Part shown: in pieces, positions 21,433 to 55,205 of the stretch
Position numbering within the stretch: position 1 is the stretch's first letter
How the letters are laid out: each line of letters begins with the position of its first letter
NCBI RefSeq assembly: GCF_001447785.1
Contig: NW_015172562.1
Span: 740,861 to 804,860 of the forward strand
Direction: 5' to 3'
Origin: Gekko japonicus
Taxonomy: Eukaryota
DNA: 64,000 bases
Program-made: the position numbers and the translations under genes
The notes under the pieces: generated by a model
Databases searched by the model: none
Seen by the model: only the letters and a program-made list of their open reading frames with translations
Told to the model about the DNA's origin: nothing

Positions 21433-23156
21433 TAGGGGTGTGCATTTGGCAGAAGCCGAGCCAAATATATACCCAAATAAGGCCTTATTGGCATTATTCA
21501 GGCATATATTCCGCTGAATGTGATTCTCCAATATGCATTTGGCAGCTGAATAAAGAATCCCAAATATATTCAGGATCCCCAAATATATGCAGCTCCATTA
21601 TACCCTATGGGACCATTATAGGTAAAGGTAAAGGTTCCCTTCCTCGAAAGCCAGTCGAATCCGACTCTAGGGTTGCGGTGCTCATCTCCGTTTCAAAGCC
21701 GAAGAGCCAGCGCTGTCCGAAGACGTTTCCGTCGTCATGTGGCCGGCATGACTAAACCCCAAGGCGCACGGAACGCTGTTACCTCCCCACCGAAGTGGTA
21801 CTTTTTTATCTACTTGCAATTTCTTGCTTTCGAACTGCTAGGTTGGCAGGAGCTGGAACTAGAGACAGGAGCTCACCCTGTCTTGCGGCACCCGGGTCTT
21901 GAACCGCTGAACTACTGACCTTCCACAGCCTGCAGTTCAGCGTCTTAACCACTTGAGCCACCACAGACCATTATAGTCAATGGCAAATCTCTCCTAGGGT
22001 ATATTCAGTGCCCCCAGGGGCGGGGTTTGAGGTAGTGGCACCAAATTTGCAGGGGGTCCAATTCTACAGGCACCCAAAGACAGGGCCCCCATCCCACCAT
22101 TGTTTCCAATGGAGGGGAAAATAGCACAAGAAGCCCAGCAGATTCTGCCAGAGAATCTCTGCAGTAGATAGTGTGTGTGTGTGTGTGGGGGGGGGGGTTT
22201 AAAAGAGATAGACTTACCTTCTCGTCCTTGCTGTTTCCCACTATTTCTGCCTCTTTCCCGTTGTTTGCCCTGATTTCCATGGCAACAGGGGAAGGGGGAT
22301 CTCTGCAGCCAATCACTACAATGCATTTGCAAATGGCACTGCATTGCAGGCTTGTGACTTAGCAAGGTTGTTGCTGAAGTCCAGCAACTACTTTGCTTTC
22401 TCCTCCCCTCCCCCTCGCTCAGATTGTGATTCTATGGCTGTGCTTGACATCAGAGCAGACCTGTTGGGATGGCCTTTGCCACAATGGCACAGGGTGCTAC
22501 TGCTGGCCACTAGTAGGATGGGTTCTGCTGCTCGGCACTAGTAAGTTGGTTCTGGTTGAGTTGTTCTGTTGGCCACTCGTTACGAGTGCACTGTTTCTGC
22601 TGTCCTTGCATAAAAGCCACCCCACAGTTTGTACTTCAGAGATTCTTACATTTGACCTTAGTCCTGTTGGCTTCTTGGCAGTGGCACTGGTTCTTCTGGG
22701 TACACTTCGCTGGTTCTACTGCTGGCCTTGCAAACAATAGTCCCCCCCCCACACACACACACACTTCACTTTCTACTGCAGAGATTCTCTGAGACAATCT
22801 GCTGGGCTTGTGCTATTTTCCCCATCATTGGAAACCCTGGAATTGGATCCCCTGCTCCAATCTTTTTCAGACTTCGGGATCCTTTTGGGGAAAGGCTCCA
22901 GTAGCTACACTGCAAATGTGGTGCCTTACCTCAACCCCGCAGCCACTAAATATACCCTAGGAGGGATTTGGCATTGACTATAATGGCTCCATGGGGTATA
23001 ATGGAGCCGAATATATTTGGGAATCCTGAATATTTCCTGAATAGGATATCAGTACCGATTTTGATATTCAGAAATATTCAGGTATACTGAATATATTTGG
23101 CTCAAAAAATGCTGAATCTGAATTATACTGAATGTTTTTTTCTTTGCACATCCCTA
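21433..23156. mobile_element. 1.7-kb non-autonomous hAT element with long imperfect inverted arms
   Basis: TIRs TAGGGGTGTGCA/TGCACATCCCTA; 8-bp TSD ATCAAGAC/ATCTAGAC. Confidence 0.8.
21622..21965 (-). mobile_element. Sauria SINE nested in the hAT element
   Basis: (ACCTTT)n tail, seen as GGTAAAGGTAAAGG on +; tRNA-like head; 11-bp TSD GACCATTATAG (21611-21621 and 21966-21976). Confidence 0.85.
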
Positions 23157-23208
23157 ATCTAGACCTTAGTCCTGACCACTTCCTGAGATGTTCTCTCTCT
23201 CTCTCCAG

Positions 23209-23880
23209 GTACTCCTGATCCTTCACATGAAAAGTGGCACTGCCAGTTCAGTAGTGTGTGAAGGGAAGCAATCACTTTTTCTCAAGCTGGTGTATTTATA
23301 CACAGGTACTGCTTGGAGCAATGAACCACACATGGGGAACTGAGTTTCTGCCTCATATGAACTGGGTCAGGCCTGAAATTCTTGTCTGAAATTCACATAA
23401 GCAAAGTGGTCACAGATTCAAGAAGCAACAACCATCTTTTCCTATAAATCTTTACCTGAAACTTGAAGTAAGGCATTGCAGGTTCGTCCTGCTTTGGGTA
23501 TTATCAGAAAACATGGCAACTGAACTATGAAGAACTAAAACCCAACATAAGGAGTTGCTTACACAGTGACCCTTTCAGATATCTAAAAGCCCCACTTCAG
23601 AAATACCACTGAGAGTCTACCCTCTACCACAAGCAGTCAAATTCTTAATTGGCTACTGTGGGATGGAATGCTGTGATAGACAGCCCAAGGTCCCTCCCAT
23701 GCAGACGACAACAGATCCGTGGTATAGGCTTTGGGGTCATCTGTAATGGTGAAGCCAGCTTTTCTCCTGTGCTGCTGCTCTTTGTTCTAGTAGCCTTGGT
23801 TCAGAGCTAAACAGGCAAGGGAATCGGTTTCGTGTGCAAGGCCTGGTGGGACAGTGCAAGAGAAGCAAGGCAGTGCAAAC
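23209..23880 (+). other. GNAT1: Probable non-coding terminal exon (3'UTR) of GNAT1; 3' end uncertain
   Basis: Strong acceptor ttctctctctctctccag|G at 23208, paired with the donor at 21213. Gi/Gt genes commonly have a 3'UTR intron just after the stop. Confidence 0.55.
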
Positions 23881-25091
23881 TGGGTTTTCTTTCTACCTTT
23901 TTATTATTTCAAACCATGTGAACAATTTTGGTAAAACATTGTGATAAAAGCTAGGCTGCGTCTGACGGTTACTAATGACCCCGATGTCCGCTGACAGCAG
24001 GGTCGCTTACATACAGCAGTGTTTCCTCAACTGACGCTACAGTTAGAGCTAAGAAAATACATTAAAATAGACCTGACAGTACAGCAACCTCAGGAGCACC
24101 CCCCAGGCCCTGGGGCGGGGCACAAAGGAATGGAAAGAAGTTGACATCAACATTGCTTAGTCCTTAGTGGAATCTTAGCCCTTAGGAACCTAATTCTGTG
24201 GCCAGGAAGAAACATGTTTAAAACCCATGGGCGCTGCCCCCTTATAAAAAGCTTGGCCTGGACCACAGCGGGGTGGGTGGGGGGCTGGAGAAAAGAGGGA
24301 ATCCATTTAATCCAAATCTAAACACAATGCACACTGAAGCAAACTAGGAAACAGATGTAAACATACAGACACCCTCAAGGCACAAAATTTACTAGAGAAG
24401 ATGAGCTCATATTGGGCAACTCAACCATTTACTAACTTGACATTTTAAATAAAAGTTTTTAAAAAGATTCTTTTTTTAAAAAAATGCAGATCAACTTTTC
24501 CTGCACAAATTGGCTTTTAGAGGAATGTTTTGTTTTTTTTCTCTTTTCCTTGCTGGTCTGTGTGCAAATTACAGAGGTAGGAGCTGAGAGGCTTGCTCCG
24601 CAGCAAGAGCTCCTCCTGATGGAAGGTGAAAAACACACGGTCAGTGATTGCTTTGGCAGAGCCGACAGAGGGCTGCTTGGACTAGAAAAATCTCTCCTGT
24701 CTCACAACAAGGGGAGGGACAAGACAAAAAAGGAAAGAACATGAAATACATGTCCAAAGCCCCCTGACCTGTTTATCTTTTGTACTTCTGCCTTTGTTAA
24801 AATTAAAAAAGTGAAGACAATACAGCTATGGCAGGCCACCTATCATTGGCGCTTGAATAAGGCTTTCTGGGCACAGGGAGAGGATACAAATGGCCTACAG
24901 GTGGTAGCTGGGACAGCACAGAGCAAGAAAAGCAATGGAGCCTGTCCTTTGGACAGGAGGAACCTCCACAGTCCTGTCATTAGGAAAATTAAAAAGAATG
25001 AAACAAAACTTAGAAGCAGAAGTCATTAAATGGTGCAGTCCTCCCTTCATCAACACCAGCCTCTTCCTCATATGGCGCAGTTCAAGTAATC
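23880..25091 (-). other. GNAI2: GNAI2 terminal 3'UTR exon
   Basis: Minus-strand acceptor ccctttcccttgctcttcctctgttacag|G at 25091; repeat-poor; ends near the AATAAA at 23900-23905. Confidence 0.8.
23900..23905 (-). terminator. GNAI2 polyadenylation signal AATAAA
   Basis: The minus strand reads ...aattgttcacatggtttgaaatAATAAAaaggtagaa, resembling the recalled end of mammalian GNAI2 mRNA. Confidence 0.8.
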
Positions 25092-25168
25092 CTGTAACAG
25101 AGGAAGAGCAAGGGAAAGGGAATAGATCAGCCACCATTGGGATACATGGCCAATGAAAACTTGCACAG

Positions 25169-25607
25169 CAGGGGTCCCCAACCTGTTTGAGCCTACGGGC
25201 ACCTGCAAGCCAATATTTATTAAAATGGTCATAGACCAGCACAAGTCACAGTTTGCGCAGACCGCAATAAAATCTAGGTATAATCCAGTGGGTAAACCTA
25301 CAGGCACATCTGGAATTCTGACCCAGCATGGTGGGCGGAGCAACAAAATGGCTGCCACAGGAGGTGGAGCCAGCCACAAAATGATTTGTCAATAGCACCG
25401 TGCAGGTCCCTTGCTGCGCTGGCAGCTGCTGCCAAAGCAACATTCAAAAAAATCTGCACAGCCAGTCAAATCTCCAATAGCCAGTCAGAAGCCCTGCTGG
25501 GCAAAAGTCCTATCTGGCCCCTCCCACTTTCTAAAAACACTTAGTGGATGCCAAAAAAGGTGTTGGCGGGCACCATGGTGCTCACAGGCGCCATGTTGGG
25601 GACCCCA
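25169..25607. mobile_element. hAT/Charlie-like MITE
   Basis: TIRs CAGGGGTCCCCAAC/GTTGGGGACCCC; flanks TTGCACAG/TTCTACAG; related copy at about 42915-43268. Confidence 0.7.
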
Positions 25608-26619
25608 TTCTACAGCCTGCATTGAGTACACACACTTTACATATCACACTTGCTCAGTTCAGGAGCACATTTTTATCCCACCCGTCCTCCAGTGAGCTCA
25701 GTGCAGTATACATGGATCCTCCTTCCTGCATGTTATCCTTCTAAACAACGCTGTGAGGTAGGTCAGGCTGAGTGTGTCCCAGAGTAACTTCTTTCCATCT
25801 CAGTCACTACTCCCATCAATTGGATCTCATCCTTCCTCCCCACATTTCCTGGATAATGAAAAGCCCCGACTTCTACTCCTTTCCCGCACCCCAAACCCAG
25901 GTGGCTCATCAAGAAGTATGGTTTCTTTTATGATTATGCTCCATTGCCTCCTGATCTCCTGGATAGGTAAAGGATGTTTCCCCAACACCCTCCTATTATT
26001 CCTGCTCACCTCTGTAGTTCCATTACTTGTGTGTATGATTTAACTTGTGTTTTATTTCGGTAGGTGTGCATTTTATTAGGATTTTCTTCTTTTCAACAAA
26101 AATGACCCGTTTGGTTAAGCAATGGACTGATCATTGAGATCACTGAGAGCTCCCTTGAAGGGAAAGATCCCCATAGACATAGGTGGGACGATCCCCGCTA
26201 TTACCCCACCTCTCGCTGAGGCCTGCCATTTAGCTAATTTCCCCTAAAAAACTGAAGTCAGCAGTTCAGCTTCTTAAAATCAAAGCTGGTTGGGGTAACA
26301 CATGGAGCTTTCATTTCTGTCTTTTCCCCAATTCTTTTACAGTGTATATTAATTCTTACAAGGGATCCAAAAGATGGCCACAGCTTGGGGCAACAGCTAC
26401 ACATGGTGTTATATCCCAGAGAAGACCTGGTCCTTATGTGCTTATAGCTGTGTTTCAGGGATCTATTCCAGCCTGGTTCAGACACACTGATCCCTGTGGG
26501 CTGAAGTAAGCTCATGAGAAACAACCTAATCCCCCCCCACACACACACACAGACGCACTCACACTGTCCATCAGCCAAGGCTCTTAGGTCTCAAAGTTAC
26601 CGAATTATTCTGCTTCAAC

Positions 26620-26826
26620 ACACATAAAACTGCTTAATACTTAATCAGACCATTGCTCCATCAAGGTCAGTATTTTCTACTCAGACTGACAGGGGCTCTC
26701 CAAGGTCTCAGGGAGGGGTCTTTCGCATCACCTACTGCCTGGTCCTTTCAACTGGAGATGCCACGGATTGAATCTGGGACCCTCCCCATGCAAAACAAAG
26801 GCCCTTCCACATAGCCACAGCCCCTT
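26620..26826 (-). mobile_element. Squam3-like SINE
   Basis: The minus strand begins GGGGCTGTGGCTATGTGGAAG...CAGATTCAATCC; same family as 61610-61824. Confidence 0.7.
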
Positions 26827-27056
26827 CCCTCTCTCTGAGTTGCCCCCTGGCAATCCTTCTTGCACTCTAATCCCTTCAAATCTTGGCACTTTAGACAGCT
26901 GCTTCCACCCTTTTTGAACTTCCTGATGAGTGCACCACACACGCTTCCCCAGGGTACCGGCAAAAAAGCTTGAATTTTCTGCCCAATGGGCAACCAAGCC
27001 CTTGCATTATCCCATCCTCACCTTCCTGTGTTCCTCAGTAGATGCCACCTGAAGAG

Positions 27057-48567
<21,511 letters not shown>

Positions 48568-49495
48568 CTGTAGGAAGACACAGCAGTGGTGATTAGCACA
48601 ACAGCTCAATATAGGTTACCTTTGTCAAGTTATCTAATGTCTCATGATGAAAGCCACAAGAAAAGGCTGCACTACCATTTTTTCCAAAGCAATCTCTCTT
48701 TGATACACATAAATGTCATAAAATATCACCCACTTTTGGTGGAGACTGGGGGGGGGGGCATGCTACAAAGCCTCATGTACACATATCCCTCCTCCCATCT
48801 TTGAAAACAGTAAGAGCTTTATGGCTAAGGTATCCAAATATACAGGTGGGCCAACATTACCTACTCAAGTGGAATATATGATAGTCCAGAAGGTTTAAAA
48901 TTCAGATCCGTATTTCTCAAACAAAGATCAAAGCATTCTATGTATGGACAAGTGGCCACTGGAGGTAGGCAGAAGCACAAACGATTTTGCATGTCTAATT
49001 GACACAAACATATAAATAGTCTATAAGCATCCATCTAATGTCTAATGTGGCTTCTATGTTGGGGGGAATTAATTCATGCTAAATGTATGTCAATTCATAT
49101 TTGTTTCCCAAATGCAAGAAGACTTATGTGCTCCACCAACCCCAAGCATGTTTGAGTCACTATCTTTTGTATTTTAATTCTTCAAAAAGCTCTGGGAGGA
49201 GAACAGACTCAAGAAGGAATCCTGCTGTAACAAAAAAAAAAAAGAAGTTACCCTAAAAGTAAATCCTCATTAGGGATGGCAATCTTTTTTTCCACATCAT
49301 TGTGTCGTGTTGCTTTACAGGAGCTTTTACTTGTTCAGGGCTATGAAATGCCTGTTTCTTCTCGGAGAGCTACTCAGATCTGGGGCTATATCCCACTCAC
49401 GCTCCCTCGTCAATTCAAATTAATCAAGGCTCCATAGTTACATTAATACAATGCAGCTCTCAGGAAAGAGGAAAGTATTCATCACTATGGTAACA

Positions 49496-49498
<3 letters not shown>

Positions 49499-49555
<57 letters not shown>
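49499..49555. repeat. (GA)n microsatellite
   Basis: Seen directly. Confidence 0.95.
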
Positions 49556-49558
<3 letters not shown>

Positions 49559-49652
49559 ACGCAAGCAGAAACAATTTATGGCTCCATGCCATTTGTAGTC
49601 AACACACAAAACCCTCCTTCCTGGGAGGAGGAAGAAGGTGGGGAGAGGGATG

Positions 49653-49991
49653 CAGATTAAAGAAGAAGCATAAGGATGAAACAAACCCTATTCTAGATGC
49701 CAGAAAAATCACCCTTTTGGCCATACTCCATTGACTTACAGTACAGGGAAAAAAAGGAGGGGCATGAAGCAGAACTAACAAAACCTATCTTACAGTCAGC
49801 ATCACTGTATCAGTTTTGCGATACAGATTAAAGAAGAAGCATCAGGATGAAGCAAACCCTATTCTAGATGCCAGAAAAATCACCCTTTTGGCCATACTCC
49901 ATTGATTTACAGAACACTACAGGGAAAAAAGGAGGGGCATGAAGCAGAAATAACAAAACCTATCTTACAGTCAGCATCACTGTATCAGTTT
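49653..49991. repeat. ~170-bp tandem duplication
   Basis: CAGATTAAAGAAGAAGCAT...CACTGTATCAGTTT occurs at about 49653-49815 and 49824-49991 with few differences. Confidence 0.9.
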
Positions 49992-50916
49992 ACTAAACTG
50001 GCTGTGTAATAGAGACTATTGAGGACAGCTAAATGAAAGAGGGGGGGATTACCCTGCTCAAGACCCTCAGAGAACCTTGGAGGAGATTTTGGCAGTGGGG
50101 GTGGGNNNNNNNNNNNNNNCCCCTTCCCCTCTGTGATTCCTAGTGGAGACCCAGTGTGCACAGAGGGACATGTGATCATAAAGAAAGCCACCAAGAAAAT
50201 GGCGCGGCATCCTCCTTCAAGCTAGAAGATAAACATCATCAACTGTGTGAGAATTTCACAAAAGTCCCACCAGGAACAGTCAAACCATTCTGCTGGCTAA
50301 CTCTAGCATAAAATCTCAGCTCGCTAGTTGATCCTGCACTAAGATGTCTGCCAACATTTCAGGGGACAAGGAAAGGGAAATGACCACACCCAGCTGACAC
50401 ACATTATTCCTGGGAAGGCATTCCATGCTGAGATATCACAGACTGAGAGGGCAGCATTGCTGGGAGTTGTGGCCTCCACAGACATCGCTTCTCCTTTAGA
50501 AAAGAGACAGGGGCACAAAGTCATTCAGGGCCAGGCTGGTGGTAAAATGGCATCTATTTCCTCTGCAAATCCTATATTCATGTCCCATTCTTTTTTCCAG
50601 AAGAAAGCCACAGAGGGAAAACAGCCAAACAGGGAGATCATACAGCTGGCTAACAATGGCAAGATGACGCAGTACTGAAAGCCTGGCAAAGGCTGCTACT
50701 GCCTGTGGAGCTGGGATACAGTGTTTTCACAGTACAAGCATGAAGGTAATAGGCATAACAATTCAGATTACAGCATGTAAATTATCAATTAAGGTTGCTA
50801 TTGTACACATATAAAACGTCTACATCACATCACAGAAAATAATCACTGTGAATAAGAAGAATCGTGAAAAAGTAAGTGGGAGGCTATGTTAGAAGAAATT
50901 TTCCTGATGTTAACTC

Positions 50917-51950
50917 TGTCATGTCCCTATCGTGGTGTGACAGACTGCACTTTTTAAGAGGCTTAGAAGTGCTGTACCAACAACTAAAAGAACCTTGAGT
51001 GACAGGTTGCTCTGGGAATTCTGATTGGTTGGCATCAGCTGAGCAAAAAAAAAAGTCTTGAGAGAGCTGGATGCTGAGGAAAAGTCAGTCAGATTCCTAC
51101 CTTTACTGTGAAGAGACAATAGCCCTGTCAAAAAAGGGTTTAGTGCTGACAGAGTCGGATTTCTGCCTTGACTGTAACGCAGTCTGAATTCAGCATTAGC
51201 TGAGAACAGTTTGAACACAGACAGGAGTACTGGGGGGGGGAGTTTGGCAAGGAAATTTTGGTAGTAGGGAAGACTCTCATTCAGGACAAAGGAAGGGAGA
51301 TAGATCATCTAGAGAGAGAAGATTCCCTACCCAGTCTCAACCAGGGAGAGTTATCTCTGAGGAGTACAAAGATCAGTGATTAGAAACTACCTTAAGAGAC
51401 CTTAAAAGTCAGTCAAACACTCAAGAAGGGTACTGGAGTTACAAAGAGAAGAGATTTGGGTACTGGGAAAAGGGTACCAAAAAGTGTCAGTGATTATACA
51501 AATAAAAGAGTGTTTTGGGAAACACTGAAACAAAAGCCTCTCAATATAAAGATCTAAGTAACTGTGAATAATTTAAGAGCCTCTCATTAGCCTGATCTAT
51601 AAGAACAAAAGTCTGTGCTTGTAATAGTTTTACCTCAGTAATTTCAAACCCTGATTTCACCTGACCTTTCCCTTCGATGTTAAAATAAAATATTTTGTTA
51701 TTTTTGAATTTTAAAAGTTTCTCAAGTGCCATTTTCAAGGGTTTAAGTTAAAGGGCAATTCTATCCCTTTGCTCAAGTTCCTGGCCTGAGCAAATAGCCA
51801 AAATATACCTAACTGACTGACAGGGTGGGGCAGACAAGGTTTCTTCAAGGGAAGAATAAACATTTTTCCAGGGTTGCTCAGTCAGTAAAGGCAAATAGAA
51901 ACAGAGGGAAAATCTTGCTTCTGAGTGAGGGAAGTGGATAGGGTCTGTCA
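50917..51950 (+). mobile_element. Possible solo LTR (Gypsy-like)
   Basis: TG...CA ends with an imperfect inverted terminus TGTCATGTCCCTATC/GATAGGGTCTGTCA; CCAAT-like and AATAAA motifs; no clear TSD. Confidence 0.4.
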
Positions 51951-51994
51951 TACATGGTATATCCCCAAATACTCAAACAGGAGACTGAGAAAAG

Positions 51995-52335
51995 AGCAAG
52001 AGTCCAGTAGTACTTTAAAGACTAACAAAATTTGTTCCTATCTGAAGAAGTGAGCAGTGACTCATGAAAGCTCATACCCTGCCACAAATCCATCTGTCCT
52101 ATTTATTGGAAAGTGGAGTGATTTCAGATGCTTAATGACATTAGCAGGCTGAAGCAAATGACAATACCAGGTGAATGACAGTAGCAGGCCTGACTGGATT
52201 TAGGTGAGATATGTAGAGGGGTAATAGGTGTGGAGCATTGGTAATGAGACAGGAAACCTAGGTCTCGATTCAATCCAGGTAGATTCATTGTCTTGAGCTT
52301 CATTATCAATTGCAATTCAGCAATCTCTCTTCATC
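51995..52335 (-). mobile_element. Penelope-like element: GIY-YIG C-terminus plus inverted terminal repeat
   Basis: Minus-strand peptide EIAELQLIMKLKTMNLPGLNRDLGFLSHY; hammerhead-bearing terminal repeat on +; another fragment at about 63915-64000. Confidence 0.75.
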
Positions 52336-53212
52336 TAAGAGACTAAGAAGATATGCTACAGCCAGTACCAGAAGTTACCTCTGTTTCCATCCACTCTGAA
52401 AACCTTGCATTCTCTTAGTTATTATTAACTTCTTTAAGTCCCGGACTATGGGATACCTTTCTTCAAGAATATTCCAATTATCCACTGTTCTCACCCCACA
52501 GAGCACCAAACAAGGCAAGAAATAATCAAACAGCTGAGAACACCAGCTGGTAAATAATAAAAAAGACCTCCCTCAACAGCCTGATGAGAACTAAGTATAG
52601 TCTTTGCTCTCAAAATGTTGACAGTCAAATGAAAGAGTGGGGAGTGGGGAAATTAGCCTGCTGAAGCCCCTATATCTTTGAGGCAGAGATTTGGAAAGGG
52701 GGAGGGAGAGCAGTCAAATCACGTACTCCCTTAGGAGTCCTTATTTTGCCCACAAACTCCTTGGTAGACAGTCTTCCACAGAGGCAGTGAAAGGGGCCTA
52801 CACACAGGCAAGGTCAAAGTCTTGGGGGGACTCCAAAGATATGCAGAAAAATGACTTTGTACAGCAGTCTGGTATAAGTTGAGCATGCTCACTACCCTCA
52901 TTATGTTGAGAGCTGTTAATAGTCAGTAGGGGGTGGGAGAACTCTGAAGAGTTAGGGAAACTGGCCTGCTCATGCCCTAAACAATTGTTTTGGCTAAACA
53001 ATCATTAAGGCACTTTCTGGACCAGACATTATCATCAGTGAAATATCATTTGGCATGTGATTGCATCTTTGGAGACCTCATTTATACTTTTATTCTGTGC
53101 CTGGTGGTTTCACTTTGGAACAATTCTTTTTCGGTCTATCTTGTATCCATGTTGCATAATTGTATATGATTATAATGTATTATGATATAAGCCAATTTGT
53201 TCCTCATTGTGT

Positions 53213-53258
53213 TTGACCTCTGAAGAAGGCCTATACAGGCCGAAACGCATCAGGTCAA
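53213..53258 (+). ncRNA. Minimal type I hammerhead ribozyme motif (retroelement-associated)
   Basis: Stem I TTGACCT/AGGTCAA; core CTGAAGA plus an extra A; stem II GGCCT-ATAC-AGGCC; GAAA; predicted cleavage after ATC at 53251. Confidence 0.7.
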
Positions 53259-53529
53259 GTCCACTGGCCCATGTGTGTAAGATTTTGGCATTTTTACATG
53301 AGGTGTGATTGGGCCCTTATATGTTTTTTTTAATTCTTTGCTAAAAAAAAATGTGTATCTTTTTATATTATATACATTAAGTTTTTATTGTTGGCCCTCT
53401 ATTCTGTTTGACTTACCTCTTTAGGTTCTGGTTCCCAGGTTTAAGGGTTAAGTCCCCCCCCCCTTTTATCCCTAGTCTGTTCATGCCCACAACAACCTAT
53501 TGGGGGGGAGGGATTTTCATTGAGTATTT

Positions 53530-53711
53530 GTGTGTATGTGTGTATGCCTGAAGTCATGTTTCAGAGAGGTGGCTTTGATATTATCTGCCTCTGCATCCCA
53601 GCCCTGGTATTCCTTGGAGGTTGTCCTTCCAAGTACTTGCCAAGGTTGGCCCTGCTTAGCTTCCAAGACCTGACAAGATCAGGTTTGCCTGGGCTATCCA
53701 GGTCAAGGCCT
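53530..53711 (-). mobile_element. 5S-derived SINE
   Basis: Homologous to 41225-41431. Confidence 0.75.
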
Positions 53712-53922
53712 TAGAGGGAAAATTTTTGATGGGTTCCCAATCATTTACCACCCGCACCCCTAGATTCCTCACAATACGATCACAGCTGGTCTTTAATAAA
53801 TATAATCTTTCTTAAGCACTTTTTGTGGAGCAAATAATTAACAGTAGTCTCCCCCCCCGCCTCCTTTTTTGCATAAATAAGGATCGCCCGAAGTGTACAG
53901 AAATCCCAACCTTACTTGTGAG

Positions 53923-54340
53923 CATAAGAACATAAGAGAAGCCATGCTGGATCAGGACAATGGCCCATCCAGTCCAACACTCTGTGTCACACAGTGGTCA
54001 AAAACCAGGTGCCATCAGGAGGTCCACCAGCAGGGCCAGAACTCCAGAAGCCCTCCTACTGTTGCCTCCCAAGCACCAAGAAGACAAACCATTACTGCCC
54101 CAGACATAGTGAACCATCTGCACATTGTGGCTAATAGCCATGGATAAGACTTCTGCTCCATATGTTTATCCAATCCCCTCTTGAAGCTGTCTATGCTTGT
54201 AGCCGCCTCCACTTCCTGCTGCAGTGAATTCCATGTGTTACTTAATTACTCTTTGGATGAAGAAATACTTCCTTTTATCTGTTCTAAGCCTACTGCTCAT
54301 TAGTTTCATTGAGTGCCCGTGAGTTCTTGTACCGTGAAAA
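53923..54340 (-). mobile_element. CR1 LINE 3' end
   Basis: CATAAGAACATAAGA tail; peptide EAATSIDSFKRGLDKHME. Confidence 0.85.
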
Positions 54341-55205
54341 ATTGACTCTTTCAGCTTCTCAACAATCTGTGCCTCCTAAAGCATGCTCAGTCATCATTTG
54401 TTGGCCCCTTTTCCTTGCAATGACTTTAGACAGTTGCACTTTTCTATGCAGAGTCCCAAGGAAAACAAACATGTACTTTGCTTGCTTCCTCTGGAAATTC
54501 TGCCTCCCTCCTCCCATTATGCAAACAATGCCCCTGAAGTGGTGCTCATGGGGAACAGAGGACCCACACACACAGCACGGGCGAGGAGCCAGACTTCTGC
54601 CATGGTTGGGGGGACTACTAAAATCACTTCCCCCTTCCGTCTGTGGAAATTGTCCACCGGATCCCTCCCATATTTTGTGGGTGGTGAACTCTGCAGCTTT
54701 TGGCTTGGCATGCAGGCCCCCCCCCCCCCCCCCTTTCCTATTAGATGCAGCAAAATGATATATAGCTATTCAAGGAACTCCTCTCCATTCAAGTCTAGGA
54801 AAGCAGATTGTGAATTAATTGGAAATCACCCCATTGTGCAGATAATAGCTGATAACAGTGAAATCTACCCCTTGCTCTTCCTTTTGGAGATATTTTTCCC
54901 TACCAGAAGAAGACATTGGGTTTTGCTGTACAAATCTGTAATGTACTGTTATTCTGCCCTAAACAGACTGCTTTGGTAGCACTGGAGATTTTTTAAAGAT
55001 GGCTGCCACAGAAACCAAGCTTGGTATAATGTCTATACAATTTTTTTAAATCATAATGTTGTAGGAGCAGCCATCTAGTTAAAATGTTACCATTTTCTTG
55101 CATTTTACCACTGTAAAGCAAAAAATATGCTATGTTTTACTAAGACTTGCCCTTTTGCCATTTGATTGGCTATGGAGAATTCCCTCAGGAGTTGTACAAG
55201 TAGTC

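Noticed and set aside
54309-54979. Longest ORFs in the window (149 and 198 aa)
   Set aside because: No recognisable domain, low complexity with a poly-C run, and antisense intronic position; consistent with chance.
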